From contig CBDCOX010000002.1 in NCBI GenBank assembly GCA_965219995.1, positions 1,024,001-1,088,000 of the forward strand: 64,000 nt of DNA, in the 5' to 3' direction. Under the pieces are notes generated by a model. The model searched no databases, was not told the DNA's origin, and was given only the letters and a program-made list of their open reading frames with translations. Both the position numbers and the translations under genes were made by a program. Source of the DNA: Candidatus Latescibacterota bacterium. GTDB taxonomy: Bacteria; Latescibacterota; UBA2968; GCA-2709665. This document shows, piece by piece, positions 47,146 through 57,670 of the stretch; position 1 is the stretch's first letter; the number at the start of each line of letters is the position of its first letter.

Positions 47146-48900
47146 TCAAAACGCCTGTCCCAGGCTGAAATGGATCTGTCGAACGGGCTGGGACGGATCG
47201 TCGGACAGGCGGTACGCGACGTCGAGCCGCGCCGGGCTGATGGGATTCAGGTAACGCAATCCGAACCCGGCTGCCACACGCAGATGACCCGGATCGAAGG
47301 CTCCGAACCGGTCGGTCTCCACGTTTCCGGCATCCACGAACAGGGCCATCCCCAGCCCCGACATCAGTCGGGTACGAACTTCGACGCTTCCTTCCAGATG
47401 GCTCAGCCCGCCCAGCGGCAAGTCGGACGGGCCCCGTGGACCCAGCCTGTTCAGTTTCCATCCGCGCACGCTGCCTGAGCCGCCCGCGAAGAACCGCTCG
47501 AAACTTGGAATTGACACCAGAGTTCTTCGACTTAGAATCGTCCCGCCCGACACCCTGAGCGCGAGCACGCTCTTCCAGAATATCTTTCGGTACCATCGAC
47601 ACTCCCCCGACACTTTGAGGAAGTCCCTGCCGCTGGAGGCTTTCACCGCAAGTTCGGCCAGCAGGCCCCGTGTCGGGTCGAAGAAGTCGTCCCGTCTATC
47701 TTCCAGGTATTCTACGGAGAGCGACGTACGGGTGCTGTCCAGCTCGAATTCAAGGAATTCGGTCCTCACCTCAAAGACGACTCGTCCAGTCGCCCTGAAC
47801 GTCCGTTCCAGCGCCGCGCTGGCGCCGCCCCGCTTCACCCGGATCTCCTCGGGACGTTCCTGCTCCGCGAACCCCGTCATCTCCAGCCATGTCCTGCTCC
47901 CGAGTATGTACGGCTGCCTCACGCCGATTCTTGCCCTCGTCTCAAGCGCCGATGCTGAAGATTCGACGGTCAACTGGCGCGCGCCGCCACCCAGAAAACT
48001 CCGGTGCCGCCAGGACAGCGAACCCCGCAACCGCTCCTCGGTATCGTAACCCGCACCCAATTTCAGACTCCTCGGCGGCCGCTCCCTCACGACGATGGCC
48101 ACGTCCACCGGACTCGCCCGGGCAACCGTGTCGGGAATGGCAAGCGAGACGGCACGGAACGCCTCCGATCGATAGAGTTGGAGCCGGCTGTTCGAGAGGT
48201 CCTTCTTCCTGTATCCGTCACCAGCCCCGAAGGTCAGGCCGCGCAGAATCAGATCGTCTGAAACCGTTCGGTTTCCCGCGATCCGTATCTGTCCAAACCG
48301 GCATTTCGGCCCCGGAGACACCCGGTACGCTACGTCTGCCCGTTTGTTGCGGACGGCTACATCCGCGGCGACCTGGACGAAAGCGCGGCCATCGTTCTCA
48401 AGCAATTCAGCGATTTTTCTCAAATCCGACTCCCGGCCCGATCGAGTCAGCGGGCGGCCCGGTCGGGTGACCAGCGCATCCATCAGACGCACGCTGTCCC
48501 GGCCTGCATCCGCCGGCAGAAACGCCAGCCGGACGTTGGATACCACGACCGGCTCGCCTTCTTCAATGCGGATTCGAATGCGGACGAAGCCCGGACGCGT
48601 TCTGTCGATCAGGGTATCAAGCGCAGTTTCGAAATACCCCTCGTCCTTGTATCGCGCCAGAATCCGCGCAATATCGGATCGAAACACGGATGGATCGAAC
48701 GTCCGGACGTCTACACCGGGAAACACCTCGTACCAGGGATTCGCGCGGGTAAACATCAGCAGCTTGAGATCTCTGCTGGAAATCGCACGATTCCCTTCGA
48801 ACGCAACAGCGTCGACGACGGTGGAATCCGTATCCTGTGCGGAGAGGGCACCGGGAAGAACGATACAGACCATGACGGCGACGATTCTGAAGAGAATCAA
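47146..48900 (-). CDS. tamA: Omp85 family outer-membrane protein (TamA-like, three POTRA domains)
   Basis: POTRA FEGNRAIS / IAGNRTVS; ERFFAGGSGSVRGW; FVDAGNV; GFGLRY; HFSLGQAF. Confidence 0.88.
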   Translation of the reverse strand: MILFRIVAVMVCIVLPGALSAQDTDSTVVDAVAFEGNRAISSRDLKLLMFTRANPWYEVFPGVDVRTFDPSVFRSDIARILARYKDEGYFETALDTLIDRTRPGFVRIRIRIEEGEPVVVSNVRLAFLPADAGRDSVRLMDALVTRPGRPLTRSGRESDLRKIAELLENDGRAFVQVAADVAVRNKRADVAYRVSPGPKCRFGQIRIAGNRTVSDDLILRGLTFGAGDGYRKKDLSNSRLQLYRSEAFRAVSLAIPDTVARASPVDVAIVVRERPPRSLKLGAGYDTEERLRGSLSWRHRSFLGGGARQLTVESSASALETRARIGVRQPYILGSRTWLEMTGFAEQERPEEIRVKRGGASAALERTFRATGRVVFEVRTEFLEFELDSTRTSLSVEYLEDRRDDFFDPTRGLLAELAVKASSGRDFLKVSGECRWYRKIFWKSVLALRVSGGTILSRRTLVSIPSFERFFAGGSGSVRGWKLNRLGPRGPSDLPLGGLSHLEGSVEVRTRLMSGLGMALFVDAGNVETDRFGAFDPGHLRVAAGFGLRYLNPISPARLDVAYRLSDDPSQPVRQIHFSLGQAF

Positions 48901-49190
48901 ACCTCTCCTTCCTGTTCAGACGCTTATTGGAACTGAACTGCGGCGCGGCATCCGGCGACCTGGGCCGGATTGCAAAGCGTTGCCCCGCCTCTGCCCTTCA
49001 TTGCGCTTTCCGGCAGAACCCGGCCGATCGCGGACTCCTCCTTTGACGCCCGCTGATCCCGTCGGTTTCAGATCTCCGTCCCTCAGCGGAAGATAGGTAT
49101 CCACTGCGTGTGCACAAGGGATTTCTGTCATGCATGCAATATAGACCGGACCCCGGCGATCGCGTTCGAAAGCTGGATGGACAAAAGAGT

Positions 49191-49226
49191 TCGGCCCCTT
49201 TTACCGATGTGGGAAAAGGGGCCCGA
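49191..49226 (-). terminator. Terminator-like hairpin after clpB
   Basis: TCGGCCCCTTTT...AAAAGGGGCCCGA. Confidence 0.5.
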
Positions 49227-49246
49227 GACAGTGACGGCATGCGGGC

Positions 49247-51877
49247 TCATCCGCCAGCGACCGGCGCTTCGGCCGGCGGGTTGTTATGGTGGAGGCCAAG
49301 CTCGCCGTTGTCTGCGTCCACCCGGACCCGCGCGCCGTCGCAGATGTCGCCGCCAATCAGCCCTCTGCCGATTCTCGTCTCCAGTTCCCGTTGCAGGTAC
49401 CGTCTGAGCGGGCGCGCGCCGTAGACGGGATCGAACCCGTCGCGGGCGACGAATTCGCGGGCACTGTCGGTAATCTCCAGTTCGATCCGCCTGTCCTCCA
49501 GGCGTTTTCGGATGTCCGCGATCAACAGTTCGACGATCTCTCCGATTTCGTCCCGGGTCAGGGCCTTGAAAAGGACGACGTCGTCAACCCGATTGAGAAA
49601 CTCGGGCCTGAAGTGGCGGCGCATCTCATCCATCACCGATCTGCGGGCTTCGTCGTGGATCTCACCGCTGTCCGTCACGCGATCCAGCATATGGTGCGCG
49701 CCGATGTTGGAGGTCATGATAATCACCGTGTTCTTAAAGTCCACGGTCCGTCCCCGGGCGTCGGTCAGACGCCCGTCTTCGAGGATCTGCAGCAACGCAT
49801 TGAACACGTCATTGTGCGCCTTCTCGATTTCGTCGAACAGGACCACCGAGTAGGGCTTTCTGCGAACCGCCTCGGTCAGCTGACCCCCATCCTCGTAACC
49901 CACGTATCCGGGAGGCGCGCCCAAAAGGCGGGAAACCGAATGCCTCTCCATGTATTCGCTCATATCGATCCGGACCATATTGTCCTCGGCGTCGAACAGG
50001 GCTTCCGCCAGGGCTCTCGCCAGTTCGGTCTTGCCGACACCGGTGGGGCCCAGGAAGATGAACGAGCCGATGGGCCGGCGCGGGTCCTTGACCCCCGCCC
50101 GGGCGCGGATCACGGCGTCGGCCACCAGCGACACCGCCTCGTCCTGCCCCACGACGCGCCGGTGCAGAATCTCGTCGAGCCGGAGGAGCTTCTCGCGTTC
50201 GCCTTCCACCAGCCTGGTCACCGGGATCCCGGTCCAGCGCGAAACGATCTCCGCGATCTCCTCCCCGGTCACTTCTTCGCGAAGCATCCGGCCGTTCCCC
50301 TGCGACCGCGCCTCCGCGGCCGCGAGCTTCTGCTCCAGTTCCGGAAGCCGCCCGTGATTCAGTTCCGCGAGCCGGTTCAGATCGTACTTCCGTTCGGCGT
50401 CTTCAATCTCGCGCTTCACCGCTTCGATCTGTTCTCGATGGATGCGAACCGCGTCGATGACTTCCTTCTCGGATTCCCACTGTGCCCGCATCGCGCCGGC
50501 CTGCGCCTTGAGATCGGCCAGTTCCTTACGAAGGTCGTCAAGTCGCTGTGCGCTTCCCTTGTCCGACTCGTTCGTCAGCGCCGCCTCCTCGATTTCGAGC
50601 CGCATCACCCGTCGGGTCACCTCGTCCAGGCCGGCGGGCATGGAATCGATCTCGGTTCGGATCATCGCGCAGGCCTCGTCCACGAGGTCGATCGCCTTAT
50701 CGGGCAGAAACCGGTCCGATACGTACCGGTTGGAGAGTACGGCGGCACTGACGAGGGCGTTGTCCTGAATTCGCACTCCGTGGTACAACTCGTACCTTTC
50801 ACGAAGTCCCCTGAGGATTGAAATCGTGTCCTCCACCGAAGGCGCATCCACCGTTACGGGCTGGAACCGCCGTTCCAATGCGGCGTCTTTCTCGATATAC
50901 CTCCGGTATTCGTCCAGCGTGGTCGCGCCGATACAGTGCAGCTCGCCGCGCGCCAGCATCGGCTTGAGCATATTTCCCGCGTCCGCCGATCCTTCGGTAC
51001 GTCCCGCGCCGACGATGTTGTGGACCTCGTCGATAAACAACAGAATGCGGCCGTCGCTCTGCACGATCTCGTTCAGTACGGCCTTGAGCCGCTCCTCGAA
51101 CTCGCCGCGGAATTTCGCACCGGCCAGCAGCGCGCCCATATCCAGGGAAAACAGGGTGCGCTCCTTCATCCACTCAGGCACGTCTCCCTTTACGATCCGC
51201 TGCGCCAGTCCCTCGACAACAGCGGTCTTCCCCACGCCGGGCTCCCCGATCAGAACCGGGTTGTTCTTCGTTTTCCGGGACAGGATGCGCACGAGCCTTC
51301 TGATTTCCGCGTCCCGTCCGATCACCGGATCCAGCTTGCCCTCGCGGGCCTGTGCGACCAGGTCCACGCCGTACTTCTCGAGCGCTTCGTACGTGCCTTC
51401 AGGATCGGGGCCCGTCACCCGCTGATTCCCGCGCACGCGGGTCAACGCATCGAGAAACGCCTCCCTGGTGGCCCCCGTCTCCTGCAGAATCCGTCCAGCC
51501 TGCGTATCGGGTCCTTCGCCCAGCAGCGCCAGCGCCAGGTGTTCCACGGAAACGAACTCGTCCTTAAGCCGCCCGGCCTCGTCCTCCGCCCGCTGGATCA
51601 GCTGTTGGAAACGCTGCGTCACGGTTACCTTACCAGGTTCCGCGGGACCTCCAGTCTGCCGGGGCCTTCCGCCGAGTTCGCGCTCCAGACACGTTATCAG
51701 GCCTTTCACGTCGATCTCCATCCGCGCCAGGATTCGCGAAATCAACCCGTCCGGCTGCGCCAGGAGCGCCAGTAGCAGGTGTTCGCCGTCCACCTCGACG
51801 TGCTCGAACCGGGTCGACGCCGCCTGCGCGTCCCGAAGCGCCTCCTGCGATTTCTGTGTGAGCCTGTTCAACTCCAT
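49247..51877 (-). CDS. clpB: ATP-dependent chaperone ClpB
   Basis: GEPGVGKT and GPTGVGKT Walker A motifs, coiled-coil M domain, [15 protein letters not shown]. Confidence 0.97.
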   Translation of the reverse strand: MELNRLTQKSQEALRDAQAASTRFEHVEVDGEHLLLALLAQPDGLISRILARMEIDVKGLITCLERELGGRPRQTGGPAEPGKVTVTQRFQQLIQRAEDEAGRLKDEFVSVEHLALALLGEGPDTQAGRILQETGATREAFLDALTRVRGNQRVTGPDPEGTYEALEKYGVDLVAQAREGKLDPVIGRDAEIRRLVRILSRKTKNNPVLIGEPGVGKTAVVEGLAQRIVKGDVPEWMKERTLFSLDMGALLAGAKFRGEFEERLKAVLNEIVQSDGRILLFIDEVHNIVGAGRTEGSADAGNMLKPMLARGELHCIGATTLDEYRRYIEKDAALERRFQPVTVDAPSVEDTISILRGLRERYELYHGVRIQDNALVSAAVLSNRYVSDRFLPDKAIDLVDEACAMIRTEIDSMPAGLDEVTRRVMRLEIEEAALTNESDKGSAQRLDDLRKELADLKAQAGAMRAQWESEKEVIDAVRIHREQIEAVKREIEDAERKYDLNRLAELNHGRLPELEQKLAAAEARSQGNGRMLREEVTGEEIAEIVSRWTGIPVTRLVEGEREKLLRLDEILHRRVVGQDEAVSLVADAVIRARAGVKDPRRPIGSFIFLGPTGVGKTELARALAEALFDAEDNMVRIDMSEYMERHSVSRLLGAPPGYVGYEDGGQLTEAVRRKPYSVVLFDEIEKAHNDVFNALLQILEDGRLTDARGRTVDFKNTVIIMTSNIGAHHMLDRVTDSGEIHDEARRSVMDEMRRHFRPEFLNRVDDVVLFKALTRDEIGEIVELLIADIRKRLEDRRIELEITDSAREFVARDGFDPVYGARPLRRYLQRELETRIGRGLIGGDICDGARVRVDADNGELGLHHNNPPAEAPVAGG

Positions 51878-52135
51878 CGTGGACCTCCTTTTTTAGGAAT
51901 ACCGAATCCGCAGCCGGCGCCAGAGACCCGCCTCCTTGCGGCGCGAAACGGCCGCGTCGATCGGGTCCCGAGAACAACGCCGAAACCGAAACGCAGTCAC
52001 TTCCCGCAAAACCTGCAATGTTCGTGCCAGAATTACATCCGGGCGGATGTGAATTGCGGTTGAACTCGACCCGTTCATCGCATATCTTTGCGGATCGCAT
52101 CCAACCCTCTGCCATTCCGTCTTCAGGAACGCCGG

Positions 52136-52969
52136 ATGAAACCCGATTCTGAGGCCCTTGCCGTATTCGCTCCCGATCTCTTCGCCGGCCGGACCGCGCT
52201 CGTCACCGGCGGCGGCCGGGGAATCGGCCGAAGAATCGCCCTCGCATTTGCGCGGCTGGGGGCGCAGGTCGTGATTGCCGGCCGGAATCCCGGAACGCTC
52301 ATGTCCGCCGCGGACGAGATCACCGGAGCGGGCGCGCAGTGCCTGGCCCTGCCCGTCAATATCCGCGAAACAGGACAGGTCGAAGAGCTCGTCTCCAGGG
52401 CAGTGGACGAATTCGGCGCGATCGACTTCCTGGTCAACAACGCGGGAGGTCAGTTCCCCGCGCGTCCGTCGGAGATCACCGACAGGGGCTGGCGCGCGGT
52501 GGTCGATCTGAACCTCAACGGCACCTGGAACATGTGCAGCCGTATCGGACCTCACATGGTCGGCAATCGGTTCGGATCGATCGTCAACATCGTACACATA
52601 TATGCACTCGATCGGGGCGCGCCGCCTTTCGCCCACTCCGGCGCCGCGCGGGCGGGTGTGGTCAACCTGACCAGAACCCTGGGCCACGATTATGCGGGAC
52701 GCAACGTGAGAGTCAACGCCGTCGCGCCGGGATTCGTGGACACCGCCGGCCTCCGGGAGCATGAATTCAAGCCCCTCCAGCACAAAGACTTCGAAACCAT
52801 GGCCCTGCGGGATGTTCCCGCGGGACGGTTCGCGGACCCGGACGAAGTCGCCGCCATCACGCTCTTCCTGTGTTCTCCGGCCGCGGCATACATCACCGGC
52901 ACCACGATCGTCGCCGACGGCGCATTGTCTCTGGGCAGCTGGACCTCGTGGATGCCTCCGGAACCGTAG
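52136..52969 (+). CDS. SDR family oxidoreductase (2,4-dienoyl-CoA / trans-2-enoyl-CoA reductase-like)
   Basis: TGGGRGIG, NNAGGQF, HSGAARAG, VNAVAPG. Confidence 0.88.
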   Translation: MKPDSEALAVFAPDLFAGRTALVTGGGRGIGRRIALAFARLGAQVVIAGRNPGTLMSAADEITGAGAQCLALPVNIRETGQVEELVSRAVDEFGAIDFLVNNAGGQFPARPSEITDRGWRAVVDLNLNGTWNMCSRIGPHMVGNRFGSIVNIVHIYALDRGAPPFAHSGAARAGVVNLTRTLGHDYAGRNVRVNAVAPGFVDTAGLREHEFKPLQHKDFETMALRDVPAGRFADPDEVAAITLFLCSPAAAYITGTTIVADGALSLGSWTSWMPPEP

Positions 52970-52977
52970 CGGCATTG

Positions 52978-53016
52978 AAAAAAAGCGACCGGGAGTTTCC
53001 CGGCCGCTCTTGTTTT
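52978..53016. terminator. Bidirectional terminator
   Basis: AAAAAAAGCGACCGGGA-GTT-TCCCGGCCGCTCTTGTTTT between convergent genes. Confidence 0.6.
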
Positions 53017-53030
53017 CGGTTCTCGTCGAC

Positions 53031-53071
53031 TTAGATGCCAATTTGGCACTATATGCCAAATTGGCATCTAA
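53031..53071. repeat. AT-rich 18-bp perfect inverted repeat with 5-nt spacer
   Basis: TTAGATGCCAATTTGGCA-CTATA-TGCCAAATTGGCATCTAA. Confidence 0.8.
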
Positions 53072-53092
53072 TTAAACTCTTACACCGCTGAC

Positions 53093-53899
53093 TCAATATC
53101 CGATTCGACGCAAGAATTCATACGTCTTCCGGCTCCGCCCGGCCTCGCTGACGGGGTCTTCGGCGCCCGGTACGGGATTTCCCGGACAACTGGTTACCCA
53201 CCGGGTGAAACCGATTTCCTCCAGCACCTTTCGAATCGCCGTGAAATCCAGGTCCGGCCCTTCGCCCACGTCGCACCAGACCGGATCGTACCGCCCGCTT
53301 TCGTCGCGTGAGGTGGACGTATAATCCTGAAGGTGCATGTAATTCAACCGGCTGCTGAAATCCCGTATCGAGTCGGCCGGATCGTATCCCCACAACAGGG
53401 CGTGGGACACGTCGATACAGAGTTTCGCCTTCCGAAGGCGTCCGGTGTAGAATTTCCAGTCCGCCACGGAATCGACCAGGGTATTGGTGTGAATGTGGTA
53501 ACTGATTTCCAGTCCCAGCGCCTCCGCGTACTCAGCCCACGCTTCAGCGCCTTCCGCCGCCGCCGTCAGATCGTCCTCGTTCACCGGCCGGCCGGCCGGT
53601 TTTACGCCGCTCATGAACATGAAACAGTCGGCTCCCACTTCCGCGGCGTAGTCCATCCGACGCCGGTTGCGCTCCACGTGCGCCCAGTCCCTCACGTCCG
53701 GCGACCCGCTTGCCGTATAAACCGACATCGGCAATCCGGCGTTTTCGCACACGCGCCGCAGCCGGGAAGGCGGCCCCAGCCAGTCCGTGGACAACCGCCC
53801 CTCCCAGCCGTCCCATCCGGCCGCTTTCAATGCTTCCAGCGCCGGCTCCAGGTCGGGTTCCTGCCATCTCAGCGTACTGTATCCCAGTTTAAATGCCAT
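53093..53899 (-). CDS. Sugar phosphate isomerase/epimerase (IolE-like TIM barrel)
   Basis: GWDGWE, YHIH, CIDVSH, YMHLQD, DVGEG. Confidence 0.82.
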   Translation of the reverse strand: MAFKLGYSTLRWQEPDLEPALEALKAAGWDGWEGRLSTDWLGPPSRLRRVCENAGLPMSVYTASGSPDVRDWAHVERNRRRMDYAAEVGADCFMFMSGVKPAGRPVNEDDLTAAAEGAEAWAEYAEALGLEISYHIHTNTLVDSVADWKFYTGRLRKAKLCIDVSHALLWGYDPADSIRDFSSRLNYMHLQDYTSTSRDESGRYDPVWCDVGEGPDLDFTAIRKVLEEIGFTRWVTSCPGNPVPGAEDPVSEAGRSRKTYEFLRRIGY

Positions 53900-53941
53900 G
53901 GGTTCCTCCGTCTGCGTCCGTAAGGGGAAGGCTCTACGCGC

Positions 53942-56434
53942 CTACCGTGCCCGCCGCGTCAGTTCCTCCCGGGCCTGCTGAAACAACGCGATCAGGCGAG
54001 CGCGCGTTTCCTCGTCGCGGAATACGCCGATTTTCTCCGCCCAGGCGATCCCGCCTTCAAGATGGGTCAACAGATATTCGCCTTCCGTGGGTTCGAACGC
54101 GCACAGGTTGCCCACGTCGATATAGACCGGTGACGAATGCGCCATCACGGGGCCCGCGTCCGTCGCATACTCGCCCCAACACCGGGCCGCCACCCAGCAT
54201 GACCTCTCGACGTTCAATTCGTGACTCAAGGTGACGGTCCGACGGTCGCCCGCTGCATCCTGCCGGGTTACCCTTTTCCCGTTGACGATCAGCTCCACCG
54301 CGGTCAACGGCCATACACTCTCCGCGGCGGCAACGATCTCCACGGTTCCTCCGTTGCCCGGCAATGCGATTTCGCCGCCCATCGGCGTTCCCTCCACCGC
54401 GAGATCGATCATCGCACCGGTACTCGCGAACGTCGTCCCGCGCTTGACCGCTTTGCACCAGTTCTCGAACGTAAACCCCTCGTCGGGACCCAGCTTCGCG
54501 TACGTCCGTGAGCCGCCCAGGATGCGACCGTTCGACATCTTGTCCGTGCCCCCGACGATCGGAAGCTTCTGGCCCGTGTTCAGCCATCGGTAATACCCGC
54601 GCTCTCCGGCGCCGATCCGTTCGCCCTGCCAGATCCAGCACATTTCCGCCGCGTCGGCCTGGCCCAGCACGATATTGGCGGCATTCTCGAAATCGGGCGT
54701 GGGCATATGCGGCATAATGACCAGGCCGCCCTGCCGGCGGCAGGCTTCCGCCCAGTCTGCCATCAGGGCCTGGATCTCCCCGCCGATCCAGTCTTCCTGA
54801 GGGCCCCCGGTACACATCGGCGCCACCATCTCCTTCAGTCCCAGCAGGCTGATGTGTCCGAGCACGTGCTGGCGGTTTTCCTGGCTCACCCAGATCTTGT
54901 GGTACTCGCTGCTCGTCGGCGCCAGGCCGCCCGTAAACTCTTCCCAACTGGTAAAAAGCCGGCCCCACTGGCTGGCGAGCAGGTTCACGACGTTCAGGTC
55001 TTCGCCGGCCGCCTCCAGATGTGAGGATTGAGACGAGAGAAAGTGCACGTGCGTATCGCCGGAATAGAAACCGCGGTCTTTCATATTGAAAGCACGTTCA
55101 ATGTCCAGCGAAAGATCCCGCTGGCCGGGTTTCACGTCCACCAGCGCGCGCAGGGGAACATACTCGAATCCGCGCGCCGCCTCCACGTAAACAGGCCCCA
55201 CGGGGAGTTCGACCTGGCAGGTGCCGTCGATGTAGGCGTACGGCGTGCCTCGCACCTTGCAGTCGCCGCCCATATCCTCGAACCAGGCGGTATTCACGTC
55301 CGCCTGATGGCCGTGCGGCGCGAAATAGGCGCCGTGGGAAGACCGGAAGTGTATCCGGCATCCCACCGGCAGGCCGGACTCCGCGTCGTTCACCCGAACG
55401 TGCAGCCACTGCTTGCCGGCGGGCGCAACCAGGGCGACGCGGGTGTTGCCGTGCTGCACGGTTTTGTTCTCCAGCACGTCGCCCCATCTGAACGAATCGC
55501 CGGACTCCCCGCACCTGATATTCATTTCGGATTCCGGCGACCCATGGATTTCAAGGTAACTCCCCTCCCTTACCTCCCCTCCGCCAGCGCCCCATCCGGT
55601 CTCATCCGTTTCCAGATAGTCATCGCCGGGTACGTATAGCCGATCCTGCCGCGCGACCACGCCCCGATCCATGTCGACTGCGATCTCGTCCTCGTCTTCT
55701 GTAGAAACAGCGACCTCGCTGCGCGGATGCCACGCGAGCGGATCGTTCTTCTCCTGGCAGAGCGTGATTCCTCCCAGCGCTATCGCGGCATCGCCGGACG
55801 CCGATATCTCGATGCTCTGAATGGGCTCCTCCGGATTCGGATTGACCCAGTCGTACAGCCACCAGCCTGCCAGGTCGCTGCTCTCCGATCGAACACCCAC
55901 CTGTGCCGCGCCATACGGCAACGTCCGGTCGTCCAGGGCGACCGGGAGAAACTCACGACAGTTCCGGCAGAGAAACGGATGGTGCCCCCACGGCACAAAC
56001 AGGTCGTGAATCTCGAAACGCCGCCTCAACTCCTGTTCGACATCAGTCCCGGACTCGTAGCCGATCCGGAACCTGCCCACGACCTCGCCAGTCCCTTCGA
56101 GGCTCGCTTCCGCACCATCGACGGGCGTGCAGACGTGCGCGAACAGCACCCTGCGGGCCTTTCGGCCAACCGGAATGGAGACGGCGCCGGCGACCCGTTC
56201 GCTGCGCCGGCCCGATACCACGACAAACGCGGGGCCTCCGGAAGTCTCGTCCCGGTCCGCGAGCGCGAACGGAACGCCCCAGAAGCGGCAATTGCCACCC
56301 GGCAGCCGGCAGAGCCCGCTCAATCCGGGTCTTTCGGACGCGGCGGGCCAGAGCCACCCCGCACCCGTATCCACGTTTTCCGTTCCGGCATTCAAACAGA
56401 CGGTCAGGTCCAGCGGCTGAAACATGTCTGACAT
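53942..56434 (-). CDS. CehA/McbA family (PHP-domain) metallohydrolase
   Basis: SGDTHVH, ENRQHVLGH, MPH, GGTDKM, RTY, AHSSPVY; start MSDMFQPLDL after GGAGAG. Confidence 0.82.
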   Translation of the reverse strand: MSDMFQPLDLTVCLNAGTENVDTGAGWLWPAASERPGLSGLCRLPGGNCRFWGVPFALADRDETSGGPAFVVVSGRRSERVAGAVSIPVGRKARRVLFAHVCTPVDGAEASLEGTGEVVGRFRIGYESGTDVEQELRRRFEIHDLFVPWGHHPFLCRNCREFLPVALDDRTLPYGAAQVGVRSESSDLAGWWLYDWVNPNPEEPIQSIEISASGDAAIALGGITLCQEKNDPLAWHPRSEVAVSTEDEDEIAVDMDRGVVARQDRLYVPGDDYLETDETGWGAGGGEVREGSYLEIHGSPESEMNIRCGESGDSFRWGDVLENKTVQHGNTRVALVAPAGKQWLHVRVNDAESGLPVGCRIHFRSSHGAYFAPHGHQADVNTAWFEDMGGDCKVRGTPYAYIDGTCQVELPVGPVYVEAARGFEYVPLRALVDVKPGQRDLSLDIERAFNMKDRGFYSGDTHVHFLSSQSSHLEAAGEDLNVVNLLASQWGRLFTSWEEFTGGLAPTSSEYHKIWVSQENRQHVLGHISLLGLKEMVAPMCTGGPQEDWIGGEIQALMADWAEACRRQGGLVIMPHMPTPDFENAANIVLGQADAAEMCWIWQGERIGAGERGYYRWLNTGQKLPIVGGTDKMSNGRILGGSRTYAKLGPDEGFTFENWCKAVKRGTTFASTGAMIDLAVEGTPMGGEIALPGNGGTVEIVAAAESVWPLTAVELIVNGKRVTRQDAAGDRRTVTLSHELNVERSCWVAARCWGEYATDAGPVMAHSSPVYIDVGNLCAFEPTEGEYLLTHLEGGIAWAEKIGVFRDEETRARLIALFQQAREELTRRAR

Positions 56435-56558
56435 AAGCTCTCCGCTCCAATCCCGTGTTCTGCAGATATGAAAACCGATTGACGGGCAGCCGCGTTGTCC
56501 GTACTCTCGGAGAACCGCCAGAGCGCGATTCCCGCCCATTCCACGAGGAGCGACGCCA

Positions 56559-57299
56559 ATGATCATCGACAGCCACGTGCATCTCAGACACGGCAACGCC
56601 GAGCGTACGGAATATACAGCGCATCAGATTGTCGAATCCATGGACGGCGCGGGCGTGGACAAATCGGTCGTCTTCGCCATTTGCACCACCGCGTTCGACG
56701 CCATAGCGCGGGCCCGCAACGCGCACGAACTGTATCCGGACCGCCTCATCCCGTACGCGTACGCGCTGCCCAGTCCCGAAAGTCCGATCGTCGGAAGCAT
56801 CGAAGAAGCCGTCACGCGCCTCGGGTTCAAGGGCATCAAGATACACGCCGGCGAGTGCACCCTCGCGGAATACGTGTCGGACCCCGTCCTGAAACTTGCC
56901 GGCGAACTCGGTGTGCCATGTCTCATCGATTTCATCGGCCGCGACGCCGACCTGGATCGGATGGCCCGGTCCTTTCCCGATACCCCGATCATCGTCGCTC
57001 ACATGGGCCGCTACCTGTGCACCGACCGGGGACTCATCGACCGGTTTGTCCGCATCGCCGAAGCAAACGGCAACGTGTATCTGGACATCAGCGGCGTCGT
57101 TCTGATCTGGAAAATCCGCGAGGCGGTGGAACGTCTGGGGCCGGAACGCATCATCTGGGGAACCGACGGACCTTACCCCACACCCGACCTGGCGACCTAT
57201 ATCCGAACGGATCTCGCAAAGGTCAGGGCTTCCGGCATTTCAGGACCGGAACTCTCCGCTATTCTCGCCGGAAACATCTCCCGGCTGCTTGATCTCTAA
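56559..57299 (+). CDS. Amidohydrolase_2 family protein
   Basis: IIDSHVH, FKGIKIH, IVAHMG, NVYLDIS, GPERIIWGTDGP. Confidence 0.88.
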   Translation: MIIDSHVHLRHGNAERTEYTAHQIVESMDGAGVDKSVVFAICTTAFDAIARARNAHELYPDRLIPYAYALPSPESPIVGSIEEAVTRLGFKGIKIHAGECTLAEYVSDPVLKLAGELGVPCLIDFIGRDADLDRMARSFPDTPIIVAHMGRYLCTDRGLIDRFVRIAEANGNVYLDISGVVLIWKIREAVERLGPERIIWGTDGPYPTPDLATYIRTDLAKVRASGISGPELSAILAGNISRLLDL

Positions 57300-57351
57300 C
57301 CGTCCGACCAGTGCCCGGACCCGGCGATCGGTGACTTCGCGACACTTTTTC

Positions 57352-57379
57352 TTGACAAAAATCCGCGTTTGTATATTTT
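57352..57379 (+). promoter_or_regulatory. sigma70 promoter upstream of the riboswitch
   Basis: TTGACA (57352-57357) and TGTATATTTT -10 region about 10 nt before the aptamer. Confidence 0.6.
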
Positions 57380-57388
57380 TTCCCCGCT

Positions 57389-57571
57389 GCAAGGGTAGAG
57401 GCGCGGGTTTGCATCAGTAACCGGCGGTGGACGGCGGACCCACAGCTGCCGGACGAAAGGGTGAACCTGCCGAAGCCCGGAACTCCCTCCGCCGGGATTC
57501 ACGGGCTGGGCTGCTGGATAAGATCCAGCGGACTGTCACGGGAAACAAGGCCCCGTGGAGCGCTCTCTTGC
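57389..57571 (+). ncRNA. Lysine riboswitch (L-box) aptamer
   Basis: AGAGGCGC ... AGTAA ... GAAAGG ... TGCCGAA ... ACTGTCAC ... GTGGAGCGCT consensus blocks; P1 GCAAGGG/CTCTTGC; upstream of asd. Confidence 0.92.
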
Positions 57572-57592
57572 GATGTCGCGCATTCCGGTCGT

Positions 57593-57633
57593 AGCCGGCG
57601 ATGTCTCTACCCTTGGACATGCCGGCTGTTTTT
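57593..57633 (+). terminator. Riboswitch expression-platform terminator
   Basis: AGCCGGC-G-ATGTC...GACAT-GCCGGCT followed by GTTTTT, before the asd RBS. Confidence 0.75.
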
Positions 57634-57670
57634 GTGCCGCCGATAACCCTCACTCACAGAAGGAACGGCA

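Noticed and set aside
52059-52086. sigma32-like TTGAA...CGCATAT near clpB
   Set aside because: Faces the SDR gene rather than clpB and is a weak match
53043-53059. CIRCE or sigma54 site inside the palindrome (TTGGCACTATATGCCAA)
   Set aside because: Spacing fits neither TTAGCACTC-N9-GAGTGCTAA nor GG-N10-GC, and it lies between gene 3' ends
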